Shown: piece after piece, positions 1 to 8,007 of the stretch
Position numbering within the stretch: position 1 is the stretch's first letter
Layout: each line of letters opens with the position of its first letter
Virus record (IMG/VR): IMGVR_UViG_3300042453_000758
Coordinates: 1 to 36,867 of that record
Reading direction: 5' to 3' (one strand)
Length of the DNA stretch: 36,867 nt
Source of the DNA: a virus
Lineage: Duplodnaviria > Caudoviricetes
Notes under the pieces: generated by a model
The model's input: only the letters and a program-made list of their open reading frames with translations
Database searches by the model: none
Told to the model about the DNA's origin: nothing
Translations under genes and position numbers: made by a program

Positions 1-2
1 CC

Positions 3-293
3 TCACATAGCGCTTTGAACTTCCTTTTACAGAGCGCTGGTGCCATCATTAGCAAGCTTTGGTACAACACCTGCTACGACGAACTTACGGCAGCAGGGTT
101 TACCTACGGCGTTGATTGGTCCTTCCTAGCTCACGTTCACGATGAAGTGCAATTCGCAGTCGCAGCAGAACGCGCAGAAGAGCTTGGACTTATTGCAGTC
201 GGGTCTTCTCGCTTGGCAGGAGATGCACTTGGACTCCGTATTGCAATCAATTCAGAATACAAAGTCGGAGACAACTGGGCCGAGTGTCACTAA
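3..293 (+). CDS. Family A DNA polymerase (T7 gp5-like), C-terminal fragment, 5'-truncated by window edge
   Basis: Frame is open from position 3 and reads HSALNFLLQSAGA (T7 gp5 HAALNTLLQSAGA), motif C VHDEVQ, and a terminal GDNWAECH typical of T7-like polymerases. Confidence 0.95.
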   Translation, partial: SHSALNFLLQSAGAIISKLWYNTCYDELTAAGFTYGVDWSFLAHVHDEVQFAVAAERAEELGLIAVGSSRLAGDALGLRIAINSEYKVGDNWAECH

Positions 294-660
294 GACCTGC
301 AAGGTCTGTAAAGAGACAAAAGATATTAGTCAGTTCGGTCGTAACGGTACTTGGCATCGTCCTGACTGTTTACCTTGCAACGCCAAAATGCAAAGGGATT
401 ACTTAAAAATCCGAAAGAAACATAAAACTCCTCCACTTGGTACACCGTGCGAGTGTTGCGGTAAGACCAGTGAGAAGCTTCATTGGGATCATTGTCACGA
501 CAGCAGTGAGCACCGTGGTTGGCTGTGTAACAACTGCAACACGGGCATCGGCAAGCTAGGTGACAATATCGAAGGCGTCCTCAAAGCAGTGGACTACCTA
601 GCCAAGGTCAATAAGCTGGGAACCCATCAAGGAGGTAACGATGACCTGGCTGCTGCTTGA
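229..660 (+). CDS. Endonuclease VII-like (His-Me finger) nuclease with N-terminal Zn ribbon
   Basis: CECC...LHWDHCH...RGWLCNNCNTGIG.LGDN...AVDYL is the EndoVII-family pattern, with extra CKVC/CLPC pairs. Start uncertain: TTG 229 has AGGAG 6 nt upstream; ATG 223 and ATG 142 are alternatives. Confidence 0.85.
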   Translation: MDSVLQSIQNTKSETTGPSVTKTCKVCKETKDISQFGRNGTWHRPDCLPCNAKMQRDYLKIRKKHKTPPLGTPCECCGKTSEKLHWDHCHDSSEHRGWLCNNCNTGIGKLGDNIEGVLKAVDYLAKVNKLGTHQGGNDDLAAA

Positions 661-1420
661 CGCAGATATGCTGCTGTTCCAAGCAGTCGTTCTCGCTGAG
701 GTTGAGATCGAATGGTGTCCCGACATTATCTCGACTCATTTACCAATCAAAGAAGCCCAGTACATCTTCAATGAAATTCTTGAGGCCAAGTGCAACCAAG
801 CACAATCAGACCGATTCACGCTTTGTTGGACTGCTGATAAGAACTTCCGTAAGGACGTTGAACCCACCTACAAAGCGAACCGTACTCGTTACGACCGTCG
901 CAAACCAGTTGGGTACTTGGCGCTTCGACGTTGGGCTGAACAACAGTTTCCTTCAGAGTGCTGGCACAAACTGGAAGCAGATGATGTTCTAGGAATTCTT
1001 TGCACTCGTCATCCTGACAAAACCATCTTGTGGTCTGGAGATAAGGATCTCAAACAGATCCCTGGTCTCCACCTAGACAACGACGGAAACGTTTACCAAA
1101 TCACTCAAAACCAAGCTGATGTCTATTTCTATCGTCAGGCTCTTACCGGTGATTCCACTGACGGCTATCCTGGTTGCCCTGGGGTGGGACCGAAGACAGC
1201 GGAACGTCTTATCCCAGAAGATGGGTTTACAGAAGCCTCCGCATGGCGAACTGTAGTAGCTCAGTACAAGAAGAAAGGTTTTGGCGCTGACTACGCCTTG
1301 ACCCAAGCACGCCTCGCTCGCATCCTCCGTGAAACCGAGTTTACCTTCGATGAAATCCAACTATGGACCCCGACTTCGATCCCATCAGACCAGCTCACTA
1401 CGCCTTCGACGAAGGAGTAA
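641..1420 (+). CDS. 5'-3' exonuclease (T7 gp6-like)
   Basis: LLLDAD, NFRK..PTYKANR, LEADDVLG, DKDLKQIPG and GDSTDGYPGCPGVG motifs; GGAGG RBS upstream. Confidence 0.95.
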   Translation: MTWLLLDADMLLFQAVVLAEVEIEWCPDIISTHLPIKEAQYIFNEILEAKCNQAQSDRFTLCWTADKNFRKDVEPTYKANRTRYDRRKPVGYLALRRWAEQQFPSECWHKLEADDVLGILCTRHPDKTILWSGDKDLKQIPGLHLDNDGNVYQITQNQADVYFYRQALTGDSTDGYPGCPGVGPKTAERLIPEDGFTEASAWRTVVAQYKKKGFGADYALTQARLARILRETEFTFDEIQLWTPTSIPSDQLTTPSTKE

Positions 1421-1692
1421 TCGAATGTATTGATTACATCGAAAGCCACGCCTTTGATTTTGTTGAAGGCAACGTCATTAAATACGTCACTCGGTACCAA
1501 CACAAAAACGGTACTGAAGATCTCAAAAAGGCTCGGTGGTATCTCGACCGACTGATCAAACGATCAGAAGAGTGGGATGCCAAATGGAGCAAACGCCCAA
1601 ACATTTATCAGGAGGTTATTGACGATGCTGACTTCGAACTCCGAATTAGTTCGGACTTGGATGCAACGAGCGGACCAGTTAACCAATCCTGA
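1363..1692 (+). CDS. DUF3310 family protein (T7 gp1.7-like, possible nucleotide kinase)
   Basis: P.HY...IECIDYI...F..GNVIKY..RY..KNG.EDLKKARWYL signature. Confidence 0.85.
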   Translation: MDPDFDPIRPAHYAFDEGVIECIDYIESHAFDFVEGNVIKYVTRYQHKNGTEDLKKARWYLDRLIKRSEEWDAKWSKRPNIYQEVIDDADFELRISSDLDATSGPVNQS

Positions 1693-1966
1693 TGACGAGC
1701 AGCGTGAACAGCAGCTTGCGTATGTCGAAGAAGAGTTCTACGAACTTATGTACGCGTATCGCAATGAGTCTCGTTCACAAGTTATTAAGGAAGCCTGCGA
1801 CCTACTATGGGTCACTTATGGTCTGCTTCTTACCTTGGGTGTGGATCCTGATTCTGCTTTCGATCGGCTCTACACCTCTAACTGGTCCAAGTTTCCTTTC
1901 ACAAAAGTGGATGGAAAAGTCCAGAAAGGTCCCCATTACCAACCCGTCGACTTTTCAGACCTATGA
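1625..1966 (+). CDS. MazG/HisE-like all-alpha NTP pyrophosphohydrolase
   Basis: EEEFYEL...KEACDLLWVTYG...SNWSK...DGKVQKGPHY pattern; ATG 1625 follows GGAGG. Confidence 0.85.
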   Translation: MLTSNSELVRTWMQRADQLTNPDDEQREQQLAYVEEEFYELMYAYRNESRSQVIKEACDLLWVTYGLLLTLGVDPDSAFDRLYTSNWSKFPFTKVDGKVQKGPHYQPVDFSDL

Positions 1967-2265
1967 ACCCTTACGATGAAATCCTGTCCAAAATTCCTCA
2001 AGCAGCTTGGCAGTATGTCGAAGCTGAATATGAAGAGGATGACGACGGTAACGGCTCAATCCAATTCTTCTGGGATGAAGAAGAACATCCCGAGCTTGCC
2101 CCACTGTCTGAACTAGACGAAGACCAGTGGAGCGACTTTGTAATCAATTCCCTTCAACGAGTAATCGACGCATCTGAGACCAATGAAGCTGACCAAGGAG
2201 ACACTGAACCCAGCGATCGCAATGACGGGGAGGGTGGAGAGCTGGCTGGAGAACCCGACTCGTAG
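1963..2265 (+). CDS. Acidic hypothetical protein
   Basis: ATGA coupling to the upstream stop; very D/E-rich; fills the gap before the RNR genes. Confidence 0.7.
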   Translation: MNPYDEILSKIPQAAWQYVEAEYEEDDDGNGSIQFFWDEEEHPELAPLSELDEDQWSDFVINSLQRVIDASETNEADQGDTEPSDRNDGEGGELAGEPDS

Positions 2266-3580
2266 GTATCCAGTCTCTTGTACTGTGTTTGTCGTGGAAG
2301 ACACGATGGACGAAAACCCTGATGGTCTGGAAGGCTCTTGGCAGTTTGCTAGCAAGGCTCTCCGATACGGTGCAGGGGTGGCTATTCATCTTTCTAAGCT
2401 TCGCGCTAGAGGCACCACGAATAGCCATGGAATGGTTGCTTCAGGCCCTTGTGGGTTCATGGAGATCTACTCCAAGTTCAACGAGATTCTTCGTCGCGGG
2501 GGCACATACCGCAACGGTGCGATTGTTGCTCATCTTGACGCAGATTCTCCTGACATTTTGGAGTTTGTTAATTACGATCGCACTCGTATTCCTTGGATCA
2601 AACGTTGCGTTAACGTTGATCCTCAAATCACCGATGACCCGGACAAGCTGAACGCAATCATGAACGCTGCTCGTAAGGGCGACGTTTGGATTGTGAAGAA
2701 GCAGTACGACACCAATGGTGAGCGTATCTATTCCAACGTGTGCCAAGAGATTCTTCTGAAGTCTCGTGACACCTGTCTGCTGAGTCACATCAACCTGGGT
2801 ATTACTGAGATCAAAGACATTCCTAAAGCCTTCAAAGACGGCATGGAGTTTCTTTGTGAGCTGTACACCCAAACTGGTGTTGATGAGTCTGGTATCTACA
2901 GCCGCAAAGATAACCAAGTTGGCCTTGGTGTTCTTGGTCTTGCCAACCTGCTTGCCATTGAAGGCGTGACGTATGCAGACTTTGTTGCTGCTCTGCGTCG
3001 CAAAAACCTTGGTGTGGGCTCTGCTGATACCAAAGCTGGTGAGATTGCTAGTGCCCTCTATGTGGGCTTTGCAGAGGCCTCTAAGGTGGCTGCTGACTAC
3101 AAGATGTCACGAGCGTTCACAGTGGCTCCTACAGCCTCTTGTGCGTATCGCTATGTGGATCGTGAAGGGTACACCACAGCACCTGAAATCTCTCCTCCAA
3201 TTAGCCGGGAGATAGATCGTGATAGTGCAACTCTTGGTGTGCAAAGTTACAAGTTCAATCCGAAATGTGAGACCGCCGAAGAGGTTGGTTGGGATACATT
3301 TTTTGAGTTGAACTGTGAGTGGCAGCGCCTAATGGACGGCACTGGAATGGCTCATGCAATTTCTATGAATTGGTGGTCTGATATGACAACTATGGACCGT
3401 CAATTTATGGCACGATGGTTGAACTCCCCCCTGAAGAGTTTGTATTACTCTCTTCAGGTAATGTCCGACACCCAAGATAAATCCAGCGCCTACGCAGCGA
3501 TTAGCGACGTAGATGTTGAGAATTATCTTGCCAATTTGTTGGAGGGAGATTCCGCACCTGATTGCAATTGCGCCGAATGA
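2183..3580 (+). CDS. nrdA: Ribonucleotide reductase class I alpha subunit, minimal form without ATP-cone
   Basis: SCTV, SNVCQEI (N-x-C-x-E finger loop), TCLL, APTAS, SLYYS tyrosine pair and C-terminal CNC; followed by a ferritin-like gene. Confidence 0.9.
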   Translation: MKLTKETLNPAIAMTGRVESWLENPTRRYPVSCTVFVVEDTMDENPDGLEGSWQFASKALRYGAGVAIHLSKLRARGTTNSHGMVASGPCGFMEIYSKFNEILRRGGTYRNGAIVAHLDADSPDILEFVNYDRTRIPWIKRCVNVDPQITDDPDKLNAIMNAARKGDVWIVKKQYDTNGERIYSNVCQEILLKSRDTCLLSHINLGITEIKDIPKAFKDGMEFLCELYTQTGVDESGIYSRKDNQVGLGVLGLANLLAIEGVTYADFVAALRRKNLGVGSADTKAGEIASALYVGFAEASKVAADYKMSRAFTVAPTASCAYRYVDREGYTTAPEISPPISREIDRDSATLGVQSYKFNPKCETAEEVGWDTFFELNCEWQRLMDGTGMAHAISMNWWSDMTTMDRQFMARWLNSPLKSLYYSLQVMSDTQDKSSAYAAISDVDVENYLANLLEGDSAPDCNCAE

Positions 3581-4290
3581 ACCCGTACCAGAAACTGCTC
3601 GCCCGCAAGCGCACTTGGACTCCCATTCAATCCACAGCTGGCAAACTCAAAGAGGGCTCGGAGGAGGTGATCTTCCGGGCTCTTGCCCTTCGGCACATGG
3701 AGCTGCCAGTTGGTGACTTTATTGATGAAGCACTGAAAAATGAAGTACCTAAGGCGTCAGTGGACCTCCTACGATCCAACATCAAAGACGAGGAGAAGCA
3801 CGACCTTGCGCTCGGTTACATCACCAACGCTTTGGGCGTGGATGAGAAGGCTGAATCCGAGGCCCTCAGGCTTAGGGATGCATGGATTCAACATCCAGAT
3901 CACACGGTCCTCAAAGCAATGGTGGCCGAGCGTGCGATTTTCTTCGTCCTACTTCCCTTTTTCCGTTTCAACGGTGACGCTGGATTGAGGACGGTATCTG
4001 CGGACATCTCTCGTGATGAACAAGTTCACGTTGCTGCCAATAGCCTTGTTTGTCGTGAGCTGGGGCTTAGTGTCTCTCCTTCTCTTGATAAATTGCGTAA
4101 GGCAACTATTAATTGGGTAATGCAACCCCTTGGTAGTTCCGACAACAAGTATCTGGACAAGCAGTTTTGGCTGGATCAAAGCGACAGCCTGATGTATGCA
4201 GGTAAAGCCGAAGGTCTGATCGAGACTCAACGAGGAAGAATGCCTGCGTTCTTTGAGACGAGTAACTCTGATCTCCCCAGCTACGCTTGA
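3577..4290 (+). CDS. nrdB: Ribonucleotide reductase class I beta subunit (ferritin-like)
   Basis: ATGA overlap with the alpha stop; ligand pattern E...EEKH...E(RAIFF)...RDEQVH; C-terminal Tyr. Confidence 0.85.
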   Translation: MNPYQKLLARKRTWTPIQSTAGKLKEGSEEVIFRALALRHMELPVGDFIDEALKNEVPKASVDLLRSNIKDEEKHDLALGYITNALGVDEKAESEALRLRDAWIQHPDHTVLKAMVAERAIFFVLLPFFRFNGDAGLRTVSADISRDEQVHVAANSLVCRELGLSVSPSLDKLRKATINWVMQPLGSSDNKYLDKQFWLDQSDSLMYAGKAEGLIETQRGRMPAFFETSNSDLPSYA

Positions 4291-4308
4291 TATAGCTAAA
4301 GAGTTACC

Positions 4309-4875
4309 ATGCGGCACGACTCCAAATTTGTTGACCCTGAGTTTTATGTAGATCCCTTGGCATCAGAGTTTTCTGGTGTTGAGTGCTGCATTACTTGGGG
4401 TCAATTTTGGGGCGCTGTTACCGGTCAAGGTGATCCTGAAGAGCGTCGTCGTGCAGAACAAGCTCAACGTGAAGCAGAGCAAGCAGCAGCAGAAGCTCGT
4501 CGTTTGTATGAAGAAGAATCACGAAGGGCTCAAGAAGCTGTAGCTCAACAGCAAGCAGCGATGCAGGCTCAGCTTGCAGAAGAAACTCGCATTAAAGCTG
4601 AACAACAACGAGTTCTTGAACTAACTCAACGCCAAGCTGGTATTGCTAAAAAGCAAGCTGTTACAGCCGTAGGCCAGCAACGAGTTGAATCACAACAAGA
4701 ACTTGCTCGTAGTCAAGAACAGATTCAACAACTGAACGTTCGACAAACCAAGGAAGCCGGTCAAACCGTTGGTCAACCTGGTATCTCAAGAACTAAAGTT
4801 GGTACCCGACTGTCGCTTGGTGGCTACACAGGCACAACACCTGGTCGGATTAACCCAACTGGTTTAAACATATGA
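4309..4875 (+). CDS. Q/A/E-rich coiled-coil putative virion protein ending GLNI
   Basis: 188-aa ORF in the pre-portal position; C-terminus resembles T7 gp7.3-type GxNI ends. Confidence 0.65.
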   Translation: MRHDSKFVDPEFYVDPLASEFSGVECCITWGQFWGAVTGQGDPEERRRAEQAQREAEQAAAEARRLYEEESRRAQEAVAQQQAAMQAQLAEETRIKAEQQRVLELTQRQAGIAKKQAVTAVGQQRVESQQELARSQEQIQQLNVRQTKEAGQTVGQPGISRTKVGTRLSLGGYTGTTPGRINPTGLNI

Positions 4876-5045
4876 TTCCGTTTATTGATCCTGAAATTAT
4901 TAGGTATCTGGACGAACTTTATCCAGATAAATGTCCTGACCTTAGTATGGAAGAGAAACTTATCTGGTTTTCTGCTGGTCAAGTATCAGTTGTACGGCAC
5001 TTGAAAGATCAGTTTAATCTTCAAGAAGAAACTAAGTACAGTTAG
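4872..5045 (+). CDS. Conserved small phage protein (57 aa, not in ORF track)
   Basis: Manual translation MIPFIDPEIIRYLDELYPDKCPDLSMEEKLIWFSAGQVSVVRHLKDQFNLQEETKYS; ATGA-coupled upstream and abuts the next ATG; resembles the pre-portal small gene of T7-like phages. Confidence 0.8.
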   Translation: MIPFIDPEIIRYLDELYPDKCPDLSMEEKLIWFSAGQVSVVRHLKDQFNLQEETKYS

Positions 5046-5546
5046 ATGGCTATTCCTCTTCTCCTTGGTCTTGGTTTTGGTGCCTTAGCTGGTACTCAAG
5101 CTTATTCTGGGTACCAAGCTGCTCAATCTGCCCGCCAACAAGCTGATGCAGCTAGGGCTCAAGCAGCGGCCACTCGGGAAGCAGCGTTGCGTCAGGTGCA
5201 ACAGATGCAAGCTGAAGCTCAGCAGCGTTCTCAAGAATTCCAAACTCAAATTGAACAAAGCCGAGCTGCTACTACTCAAGCTGCAAAGTCTGCAGAATTA
5301 GCGCAGCAATCAGCTATGCGGCAGATCGCTCAGCAAAAGAGTTCATCTGCTTTAGCCATTCAGCAAAGCCAGCTTCAAGCCGCTGTGCAACGTCAACAGC
5401 AAGCAGCTAATGTGACCCAACAAACCCGTCGTCGTGTTGGCACACCTGCTGCACTGCGTACTAGTTTGGAAATACAATCGCCTCTTGCTGCTGGTGCTGG
5501 CATGGGGGTTGGTTCAGAAACTCAAGCTGGTGGTTTGAATGTCTAA
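5046..5546 (+). CDS. Q/A-rich putative virion assembly protein (gp7.3-like position), ends GLNV
   Basis: Hydrophobic/Gly N-terminus, Q/A coiled coil, basic patch; immediately precedes the portal. Confidence 0.7.
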   Translation: MAIPLLLGLGFGALAGTQAYSGYQAAQSARQQADAARAQAAATREAALRQVQQMQAEAQQRSQEFQTQIEQSRAATTQAAKSAELAQQSAMRQIAQQKSSSALAIQQSQLQAAVQRQQQAANVTQQTRRRVGTPAALRTSLEIQSPLAAGAGMGVGSETQAGGLNV

Positions 5547-7131
5547 CGCTGCGGCTCGTTATTCGGCTCTTGAGCCGGAAAAGACTATTTATCTAGATCG
5601 AGCTATTGAGTGCAGCAAGTACACTCTGCCGACTCTGATCACGGATAACGACCGTAGTACTGGCAAAAACCTTTACACCAAAATCCAAACCACCTACCAA
5701 GGTCTTGGTGCTCGTGGTGTAAACAACCTGGCTAGCAAACTGCTGATTGCTTTGCTGCCTCCTAACCAAGCTTTCTTCCGTCTTTCTGTAGACGACATGA
5801 AGCTCAAGAAGGAGCTGGATAATTACAAAGAGTTGCAGTCACAGTTTGACCAACAACTGGCTCTCATGGAACGTTCCGTCATGCGGGACATTGAAGAGTC
5901 TGGTGATCGCACGGCGTTGTTTGAGGCTCTCAAGCACCTGATCATTGGTGGTAATGCCCTGTTGTATGTCGCTGAAAGTGGCACCAGGGTTTATCCACTG
6001 AAGTCTTTTGTACTGAACCGTGACCCTGAAGGGAACATCCTTGAGGTTGTGGTGCGTGAAGAAGTTAATCCTGATGTGCTGCCTGGCAAGGTTGCTCCTA
6101 AAGATGCAGAGGGCAAGTTTGTAGACAAGACTGTTTTCCTGTTTACCCACGTCAAGTGGGATTACAAAGCTGACCGCTGTAACTGGTATCAAGAGGCTTA
6201 CGGCAAACAGATTGGTAAGCCTGGTTCTGTTCCTATTGATAAGAGCCCTTGGATCCCCCTGCGGATGTTCCGTGTAGCTCACGAAGCTTATGGCCGTGGC
6301 TATTGCGAAGAGTTGCTGGGAGACCTGAAGAGCCTTGAGTACCTCTCTAAAGCCATTGTGGAGGGCTCTGCAGCAGCAGCCAAGATCATCTTCCTGTGCA
6401 ACCCTAACGGTACGACTCGCCCTGACGTTCTTGCTCGGGCTGCCAATGGATCAATTGTGGCTGGCAACCCAAACGATGTGGCTCCTCTTCAAATGCAGAA
6501 GCAAGCAGACCTCACGGTTGCTTTGAACACCATTGCACGGATTGAACAACGACTGAGCTTTGCGTTCCTGCTTAACAGCGCTATTCAAGCTGGTACCTCT
6601 GGCCGGGATCGAGTGACAGCCGAAGAGATCAGAATGGTTGCACAGGAGCTGGAAGCCGGACTTGGTGGCATTTACAGCATTCTGAGTGTTGAGCTGCAGC
6701 TTCCCCTTGTGAACCGCAAAATGGCCCTTATGGAGCGTCAAGGGCGTCTTCCGAAGCTTCCTAAGGACATTGTGAAACCTCAGATCACCACTGGTCTTGA
6801 TGCCCTGGGACGTGGCAACGATAAGGCCAAGCTGATTGAGTTCCTCCAAACCATTGCTGGAACCCTTGGTCCCGAAACGATGGTCAAGTATGTCAATAGC
6901 CGTGAGTTGATTACTCGCCTTGCAGCCTCTGATGGCTTGGATACTTACAAACTGATTAAGAGCGACGAAGACCTCATGGCTGAAGAACAGCAAGCAGCTA
7001 TGATGATGCAGCAACAAATGGCCCAGCAAGATCCTAATAACGATCCTGCTAAACAGGCCGCTCTCGTTAAAGCTGAAAATGACTCAATCCGGGCAAGTCA
7101 AGAAATCGGTGGAGCCCCTGGAGGCTTCTGA
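5539..7131 (+). CDS. Portal / head-to-tail connector (T7 gp8-like)
   Basis: YQGLGARGVNNLASKL..ALLPP..FFRL, YGRGY.EE.LGDL.SL, RVTAEEIR and ITTGLDALGRG motifs; 530 aa. Confidence 0.97.
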   Translation: MSNAAARYSALEPEKTIYLDRAIECSKYTLPTLITDNDRSTGKNLYTKIQTTYQGLGARGVNNLASKLLIALLPPNQAFFRLSVDDMKLKKELDNYKELQSQFDQQLALMERSVMRDIEESGDRTALFEALKHLIIGGNALLYVAESGTRVYPLKSFVLNRDPEGNILEVVVREEVNPDVLPGKVAPKDAEGKFVDKTVFLFTHVKWDYKADRCNWYQEAYGKQIGKPGSVPIDKSPWIPLRMFRVAHEAYGRGYCEELLGDLKSLEYLSKAIVEGSAAAAKIIFLCNPNGTTRPDVLARAANGSIVAGNPNDVAPLQMQKQADLTVALNTIARIEQRLSFAFLLNSAIQAGTSGRDRVTAEEIRMVAQELEAGLGGIYSILSVELQLPLVNRKMALMERQGRLPKLPKDIVKPQITTGLDALGRGNDKAKLIEFLQTIAGTLGPETMVKYVNSRELITRLAASDGLDTYKLIKSDEDLMAEEQQAAMMMQQQMAQQDPNNDPAKQAALVKAENDSIRASQEIGGAPGGF

Positions 7132-7294
7132 GGTTAAAGAGCTTCCTAAAAAGCCTGAGCCTAAATCCAAGATGGATATGCTCATCGAGCGTCTTAAGGA
7201 AGAAAAGCCTGATGCTTATGAGCAATATGTCACTGCTGCCAAGAAGAAGCGGCCAGTTTGGATCTATCCTGATCTGACCATTCGCATTGGTTGA
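7079..7294 (+). CDS. Hypothetical protein
   Basis: 71-aa K/E-rich ORF filling the portal-scaffold gap, with phage-like codon use. Confidence 0.65.
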   Translation: MTQSGQVKKSVEPLEASEVKELPKKPEPKSKMDMLIERLKEEKPDAYEQYVTAAKKKRPVWIYPDLTIRIG

Positions 7295-7296
7295 TC

Positions 7297-7914
7297 ATGG
7301 AAGTTATTGCAGATAACTTTTTGGGACAGCAAACTGGCCCTTACAACGAGCAAGACATTGAAGCTCTTGAAGCTGCTGAAAAGCAGGAACAACAAGAGGA
7401 GTTGATTGCTGGTAAGTTTCGTTCACCTGATGAGCTGCTTAAGGCTTATCAAGAGCTTGAAAAGAAACTGGGTAGCCGGAGTGGTTACGACAAAGCTGAG
7501 GAATCTTCTACTGAGGAAGCGGAGCAGCAGGAAGCTGTTGTTCTGTCTCAGGATGAAGAAGCCACCATTATGGAAAGCATTGGTGGTCAAGAGAACTTTG
7601 AAGCTGTTCAAGGATGGGCTCGGGAAAACCTCGATGCTGCTGAACTTGAGGCTTACAACCGTGAAGTAAACAGCGGTGACTACTACCGTGCTCGTAACGC
7701 TTTGCAATCTTTGTACTACGCTTTCCAAGAAAACTCTGGCTATGAACCTGAACTGATCGGTGGCAAACTGTCTGGTAACAGCAGTGATGTGTTCCGTTCC
7801 AGCCAGGAAGTTATGGCTGCTATGAGTGACCCTCGGTATTTGCAAGATCCTGCTTATACCCAAGACGTTCAAGACAAACTGATCCGTAGCGACGTTCTCG
7901 GTCCTAGGGGTTAG
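7297..7914 (+). CDS. Capsid assembly scaffolding protein (gp9-like)
   Basis: GKFRSPDELLKAYQELEKKLG and C-terminal F.S..EVMAAMSDPRY..DPAY; lies between portal and capsid. Confidence 0.93.
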   Translation: MEVIADNFLGQQTGPYNEQDIEALEAAEKQEQQEELIAGKFRSPDELLKAYQELEKKLGSRSGYDKAEESSTEEAEQQEAVVLSQDEEATIMESIGGQENFEAVQGWARENLDAAELEAYNREVNSGDYYRARNALQSLYYAFQENSGYEPELIGGKLSGNSSDVFRSSQEVMAAMSDPRYLQDPAYTQDVQDKLIRSDVLGPRG

Positions 7915-7937
7915 TATTTCATTAGCGAACGTAAACA

Positions 7938-7961
7938 TTGTTGCCGCCGAGGCGATAACAA
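7938..7961 (+). promoter_or_regulatory. Stem-loop in capsid gene leader
   Basis: TTGTTG-C-CGC CGAG GCG-A-TAACAA imperfect hairpin upstream of the capsid ATG. Confidence 0.45.
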
Positions 7962-8007
7962 CAGTTGAGTTACGAGCGCGTTAAACACTCCTACCTTCTA
8001 ACTAACG

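Noticed and set aside
1625-1966. Z-genome (2-aminoadenine) pathway suggested by the MazG-like gene
   Set aside because: No PurZ or DatZ homolog in the window; this hydrolase type is common in ordinary T7-like phages.
2183-3580. Class II (B12-dependent) RNR call
   Set aside because: The YY pair and a coupled ferritin-like beta gene indicate class I.
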